Under the pieces are notes generated by a model. The model made no database searches and had not been told where the DNA came from. It saw only the letters and a program-made list of their open reading frames with translations. The position numbers and the translations under genes were made by a program. A stretch of DNA of 63,925 nucleotides, filler included, from Perkinsus chesapeaki ATCC PRA-425 (Eukaryota; Protista; Perkinsozoa): the NCBI GenBank assembly GCA_013115145.1. It is 9 parts of 9 records of this genome, joined end to end, with 100 filler letters (N's around TTAATTAATTAA, not from the genome) between each part and the next. Parts side by side here need not be neighbours in the genome. Positions count along the whole stretch, not along the records: positions 58,480 to 61,039 come from JAAPAO010001576.1; positions 61,140 to 62,565 come from JAAPAO010001966.1; positions 62,666 to 63,925 come from JAAPAO010002073.1; 6 more parts are not named here. One strand, given 5' to 3'. Shown here in pieces: positions 58,480 to 63,925 of the stretch (positions within the stretch are counted from its first letter, which is position 1; the number at the start of each line of letters is the position of its first letter).

Positions 58480-60988
58480 CAGGACCGTACCGATATGAGC
58501 TTCTTCTTCTCGAGATGCAAGTGGGCATATCACCCTGTCCACCTGGGATTTGGACGCAGGAGGTACATCTAAACCACTCTCACTGGACGTATGATTCACT
58601 GTGCAGCCGGACTCGATAACACGACATATCATATCATCAGGGCCATCTGGTACAGCCTCATCGGGAGTGGCACTGAATACACAGTTCCCCGCAATGAAGG
58701 CACGACGAGTACCATACAACACCAAGCCCCACAGATTGACAAGATCTCGCCCAGCTAGGACACGCCATTCATCTTCACTCGAGAGAGAGGAGCATAGCAA
58801 ACACCGCAAAGTACACTCCTTATAGTCGGTGATCACGACACCATCACAGTCCTGGACTGCAATTGAGCAACGAATACCATAGCGGATCTGGGACACCGAT
58901 CCGTCAGCAAGGGATACAGAAATGGGGGGTATCTCAGTGATGCCCCAACCCTCGCAATCGTTGATCTTTGAAATGAGTAAATAATTACCACCAGCACCAG
59001 TGTCTACCACACAGGGAATAGAACGGACCTGGCTGGAACCAAACCTCAACGATACACGAAGGACAACTTCTTGAGCTGAGCTCCCAGAAAAAGTGACAGC
59101 ACTAATACTATCTTCTAGATGGATAGAACTATATACGACTGGACTACCACTATTTTCTACGGAGGGTATAGAGAGAGGATGTCCGAGCTTGCTACCCTCC
59201 GAGCAAGGCCCATCATTCATCCTAGCGAGAGTTTTGACTCTGGTCGACCCCGCAAAGCGGAGAACGACCTGACGGCGGGGGCTTGTAGTTATCGTCCCAT
59301 AACCAACACCGGAAGTGATCCTGCGGAAACACATCACGTCGAGCTTCATATTTCGACTTGTCAAGATACCCCAGGAGGAAGTAGGGACGCCGGAACTTGT
59401 CACGACGAGGAAGGATACCGTCAGCTTGACCGAGCTTCTCGACCTTATTACGGTCCCGACAGCCTCTTCCAGTTACACCACAGACGACCGCAAACTTCTT
59501 CACCCATTCTCTGGGGTGTACAGAGCTATGACCTCCGGATGAGTCGAGATACCTAACGGAATCTGACCTATGACCACCGGGAGAAGAAATAAGACGGTCT
59601 GTCTCCTCATGAGACCTGCATTCTTCCTTGATAAACTCGACGACGGTGAGACGGGTCGATCCGTCAAGGGAGTGAAAAGGCACGCATGTTTCCCACTCAG
59701 CACCATCAGGACCATGAGAGCGGCACTTCTTAATCACCGCCAAAGCTATAGGCTTGGACATACGGCTCAGGACAGTACGGACGAAGTGAGCGTGCTGAGA
59801 TCGATCGCTGGGGAAGACCAGCCGGTAGATCTCGAAGGCGTTAACACAATGCTTGATGTAGGTGTCGATCTCTCTCACGCCACTGAACCTCAACGCCTTC
59901 ATACGCTTCTCCATTTCCTCAGCCAAGACCGATTTACGGGCGAATTTCTCGGTACAAGACTCACAAATACGGGACCACTCATCGCCGTAGGTATTGTATG
60001 CACTCTGAGCTTGCTCTAGCACATCAGGGCACTTTTCAAGAGTGCTCAGTAGCTTCTGTACACACGCATGCCGTAGATGCCTGAATGGCTGGAAGGATTT
60101 ACTTCCATCTGGAGCAAACGCGAATTCGCCAGCACCGCTCTCACATAGTAACTCTTCAAGATGTCGGCAGTGCTGTGCCACCCTGAAGCTCTCCTTGAGG
60201 TGAACGACCGTCAGTTTGCCAATTGTACCGCCATCACAGAAGGGGTGATATTGCCGGCCGACAGATGGCATGAACAATGGGGCAGAAGTGGGCTGGTGTG
60301 TCTTCTCCTGGTCCTTGCTGGTGTAAACTTGTCTTCTTGGCTCAACAGGATACGTTGCATGGGCGTGCTGACCTTGTGCAGAGCGGCCCTGATGTAAACA
60401 AACAGATGCTGAGTCTTCCGGACGGATCTCTTGGTCCGCAGTCAAAGCCTGCGGGGCCTCAGCGACATTTGTTACAGGAAGAGCCCTGATAACTGGCGAT
60501 TTGTTATCAAATGAAGCAACAGCAGACCCCTGTCTTGACCTCACAACGATAGCAGAGCCACAATCAGAAATCGTCGATCGGACTTCAGCACCCATGATCT
60601 CGACGTCTCGTCGTTCAAGCTCGACGACATACATCATGGACTCTTTCAAAGCTTGACGGACATTCGACTCTCTTCTCTCCAGCTCTGCAAGAGCTGCGCG
60701 AGTATCATCATCATCGTTGACGAGAGTATCCATCTGCTCATGAAGATTCCTCAATTGACCTCGTAGACGCCCTCTGTATCTTCGAGCCTTGACAAGCTCG
60801 CTTCGAAGGTCCTTCTCGCAATGAAAAGAATTGGCCTTGTCCGCATAGTCCTGACGGGTCTTGGATTCACCAGAAGAGGCAGATAGCTCAAGAAAAGCGT
60901 CATCTGTAATGGCGTTGTTGATTGAAGCACCAACGGTACTCGGGACAGGCACCTCGTGAGGGTTGATTTGAAGTCTAGGTGTCGCCAT
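58480..60988 (-). mobile_element. gag: LTR retrotransposon gag (59222-60988) plus aspartic protease start of pol (to the gap at 58480)
   Basis: 588-aa ORF with N-terminal coiled-coil and a capsid-like region (LRFSGVREIDTYIKHC...FVRTVLSRM). The next frame carries the retropepsin motif VVDTGAGGNYL and later LAGRDL. Confidence 0.75.
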
Positions 60989-61139
60989 GATGTTCCTATA
61001 GACAACTCAATGCCAAATGGAACGAAGTGAACAAGTCTTNNNNNNNNNNNNNNNNNNNNNNNNNNNNNNNNNNNNNNNNNNNNTTAATTAATTAANNNNN
61101 NNNNNNNNNNNNNNNNNNNNNNNNNNNNNNNNNNNNNNN

Positions 61140-62415
61140 TCCCACGCGAATCATCACGACGTGGGCTCTCAGCAGGATCTCTCTTGGACTTAACGTCGAG
61201 GCTATTAGTCATGCGTCTATATTGGCGCAACACAGTGGCCTTGAAGTCAGCGTAGTTCACTTCCTTGTCATCCAAGTCGTCATTCACACGTAGTTGTAGT
61301 TCAGAGTCGTTGAGACCGTTGTAGAGTTTCCACTTCAGCTTGTATTCGAGTATAGGTGATCCAAGATGGTAGAGTTCTCCACTTAGTTCCTCGAGACGTT
61401 CTATGAAGTCGTACACCGAACCTTTACCCTGAGTGACGTTGTTGAAAGTGTGCTCAGTCTTATGTAGATGTTCGTCGGTGTCGAAGGACTTGCGGAGATG
61501 TCGAACAACCTTCTCAAGTTGGCATTCATAGTCTCGGTAGCAACGTCCTGGAGGAGTGAGGTTAGCTGTCACCTCGTTCCAAACCTTGGACGACGTATAC
61601 TTCTTAAGCCAGAGGTACCTGACTACGTCAGGGTGTCCCTCAGTCTCTTGGTACATCTCAGTAATCCAAGTTGTACCAGAACGTGGGTCTTTAGCACCGG
61701 TGAATGTTCTATCAGGACGTAGAGCACGTATGACGTTCTGCATAGTGTCAAAGTCACGTACTGATATAGATTGTTCACAACGGCGTCTTTCACATCCTGA
61801 ACACCAGTCACTAGAGGGGATCCCACGTTGTGGAGGTACGTAGTATGTACCAGAGGTCAGACCGTGGCGTTGAGGGGCATGTCGACGTCTATGTCTTTTA
61901 GACGAGTCTCTAGAATTAGCAGATCTCGATGATGGTCTTGAAGACGAACTCGAACTCCTTTGACGGTGTCTGTGTTGCCTGTCACGTCTTCTTGAATGTT
62001 CTTCTCCACGGTCAGGTTGATCTTGTGGTTGTTGTCGACGTAGATGGTCTCTCCTTCTTGTAATACCATCATTAGATGATCGTGATGTCGTAGAAGAAGA
62101 ACGTGATGGTCTAGGGAGTCTTCTACCGTTCTCCGGTGGGACATAGACAGCACGAGGGGGAAGTCCAGAGTTATCATCCGTGCCTCTTTGAAGATTGTCG
62201 TTGTTCTGACCGCTCGTCTGGGGATAGACGTAGGGAATGGTGCCGTAAGGTAATCCAGGAATACCATTAATAGGTATTGATGGAGGTAATCTTCTTAGGA
62301 ATACATCAGGTTGCTGAGGTGGGTCGGTGTTGATACCAATAGTAGTACCAACAGTCTGGGTGCCGATCCCGTTGTTGTCGTTCAAGACGATGTCGTTGTT
62401 GTCGGGGGTGGTCAT
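61140..62415 (-). mobile_element. gag: Retrotransposon gag-like ORF (Ty3/Gypsy-type capsid region), 3'-truncated by a gap
   Basis: TFTGAKDPRSGTTWITEM...VTQGKGSVYDFIERLEELSGELYHLG...KLYNGLNDSEL matches the retrotransposon gag pattern Q...SV.E+..RF..L.....F..GL. ATG at 62415. Confidence 0.7.
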
Positions 62416-62667
62416 ATTAGTTAGGGAGTTGTGCGTAACCAAGTCGCTACAACGGACCATCCAGAATAGTCACAATTGAATTGACGTTGAACTCAGCGTT
62501 CAGTTGTACATTCTCAGAGAAAGTAGTCTCTTGGATTAAAGTAGATCCAAGGACGTTAAAGTCAGNNNNNNNNNNNNNNNNNNNNNNNNNNNNNNNNNNN
62601 NNNNNNNNNTTAATTAATTAANNNNNNNNNNNNNNNNNNNNNNNNNNNNNNNNNNNNNNNNNNNNAG

Positions 62668-63925
62668 ATACCAAAAATATCTCCTGCGTGGGCAAGGCAA
62701 CTGTACGACGCTGGCTTTGTGAGCCCTAAGATGGTGGCGGGGGCTACTACTCAGGAACTACAGGTCATCTTGAGACGGGCGCTCCCACCGCAAGTGCCAG
62801 ACGTGCCGCAGGATGCTCTGGAGAGGCTCATTAGCGACGCTGCTGTCACCGCTAAAGAGCAACGAAAACAGAAGATGCGAGAAGCCAGGGAATTCCAAGT
62901 CACCGTGTCTCATCGGCCGATACCCGAGGCTCCTCCTCCAGTCGTAGTCGTGCAGCCGGTGGCTAATAAAGAAAATGCCTCGGCGGTCCAGCCTCAAAGC
63001 CCAGCTCGACCATCGCGCCTGTCGTCCGCATCTCTCTTCACGCCTGGTAGGGAGTCCACTCAAGTTGGGTTTACCCCTGGCACGGGGTACAACGATTTCA
63101 CCGACCCTACAGATTTTCTTTGGGCATCACAGCGAGAAAGAACCGACTCTATCATCGATGTGGATCCCGAAAGGCTCTCAGCAGGCCTCAGTAGACTCGG
63201 CCGGCGAAGTCTGACTCTCAAGGACAAAATAGCCCGGCTTTCTGCCGAAGCCCTGTCGTCGATGCCAGCTGCCAAGCGAAGGCGTTTGACCACCGAGTCG
63301 GCCCGTACTTCAGGTGCGGCGGTCACCCCTGATACTTCCCTGCTACAAGAGGATGTGGAGCCCACTGAGAGGCGCCGCAGCTCGGTCGCCAATCCCCGAG
63401 ACCTTCAGCAGCGTCGTTGGATGGTCGGCTTCCTTACTGACATGCCGCCAATTCCATACACAAGCAGTTCCACATTCGACCTCACCGATACTATTTACCC
63501 TGAAGCCACCGTCTTTGTTTGCCAACTCGGTGTGCGGGACAGCATCACTGTTATGTGGGTTAGCAACTCAACCCTCACAGTAGAGTATGCCTTACTAGAC
63601 GACAACGTGGATCAGCTCAAGCTGGTGCTGGAGAGCTGCAGCCAGTACACTTTGGTCCTCACCGAGTCCGCCGCGGACTTTTGGCGTTTGCTGAAACAGA
63701 AGGTTCCCGAGTTGAAGTGCTCAGCATGCTTGCGAGCGGTTGTCGTTGATCTACATCTGATGGCGTGGCTCCGGAACCCAGATGATTCTACCGGTCCCTC
63801 CCTTGAGAAGTACGTTAAGCAGCTGCCGACGCCCCACTATACCGATCCTGACTTGAAGAAATGCCTCGGGATCTACAGTGCTTGCGCGGATCTTGGCCGG
63901 GGCCTGGCCCAACACCCGGGCCTTC
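62668..63925 (+). CDS. POLQ: Probable DNA polymerase theta (helicase C-terminus, linker, start of Pol A exonuclease-like domain); partial at both ends
   Basis: Hand translation gives at least 419 codons without a stop; the ORF track missed it because there is no stop codon in the window. PAWARQLYDAGFVSPKMVAGATTQEL resembles the Hel308/POLQ helix-hairpin-helix (RAR.LY.AGF.T...+A.A...EL). VVDLHLMAWLRNPD resembles the Pol A-family D..+AAWLL.PD motif. Confidence 0.55.
   Translation, partial: MPKISPAWARQLYDAGFVSPKMVAGATTQELQVILRRALPPQVPDVPQDALERLISDAAVTAKEQRKQKMREAREFQVTVSHRPIPEAPPPVVVVQPVANKENASAVQPQSPARPSRLSSASLFTPGRESTQVGFTPGTGYNDFTDPTDFLWASQRERTDSIIDVDPERLSAGLSRLGRRSLTLKDKIARLSAEALSSMPAAKRRRLTTESARTSGAAVTPDTSLLQEDVEPTERRRSSVANPRDLQQRRWMVGFLTDMPPIPYTSSSTFDLTDTIYPEATVFVCQLGVRDSITVMWVSNSTLTVEYALLDDNVDQLKLVLESCSQYTLVLTESAADFWRLLKQKVPELKCSACLRAVVVDLHLMAWLRNPDDSTGPSLEKYVKQLPTPHYTDPDLKKCLGIYSACADLGRGLAQHPGL

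Larger units (their letters stand above)
24189..62621. other. Artificial scaffolding linker TTAATTAATTAA inside eight N-gaps
   Basis: Identical 12-mer at 24189, 25778, 54143, 55804, 57042, 58424, 61084 and 62610, always embedded in Ns. It gives stops in all six frames. Confidence 0.97.

Noticed and set aside
40230-60019. Long antisense or alternate-frame ORFs (for example 40230-40682, 44780-45481, 46132-46824, 51553-52476, 59570-60019)
   Set aside because: They shadow genuine genes on the opposite strand and have no recognisable motifs; best explained by codon bias.
24189-62621. Recurrent palindromic TTAATTAATTAA and ORFs ending in ...XXXLIN
   Set aside because: Always embedded in N runs; it is an artificial contig-joining linker, not biology.

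Overview
Eukaryotic genomic scaffold, most likely a perkinsid alveolate (Perkinsus-like). This is inferred from dense short GT-AG introns, an alveolate-type 18S rRNA fragment and dinoflagellate/perkinsid-style PDZ proteins. Eight N-gaps contain the artificial six-frame-stop linker TTAATTAATTAA, so adjacency across those gaps is unverified. Contents from left to right: (1) an uninterrupted BEL/Pao-like retrotransposon pol ORF with PPT and 3' LTR start; (2) a long minus-strand multi-exon coiled-coil gene with expanded, repeat-filled introns; (3) a Tc1/mariner-type MITE carrying about 66 nt of 18S rRNA; (4) a duplicated intronless secreted-protein gene pair, one copy pseudogenised and with a different C-terminus; (5) a degenerate tRNA-like element; (6) housekeeping-type genes (MO25, two PDZ proteins, an intronless ATP-grasp ligase, a CDK-like kinase); (7) a 9-kb array of seven intronless paralogues plus one relic, all with a bacterial-lipobox-like [LMF][ST]GC signal peptide, a Thr/Ser-rich linker and a 4-Cys domain; (8) a small Cys-rich secreted peptide; (9) two retrotransposon gag fragments, one with a protease; (10) a probable DNA polymerase theta exon missed by the ORF track. 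The most striking unexplained signals are the lipobox-like array, the rRNA-carrying MITE and recurrent long perfect palindromes with a 1-nt centre. Multi-exon gene boundaries are approximate, and all family assignments come from motif recognition, not database searches.
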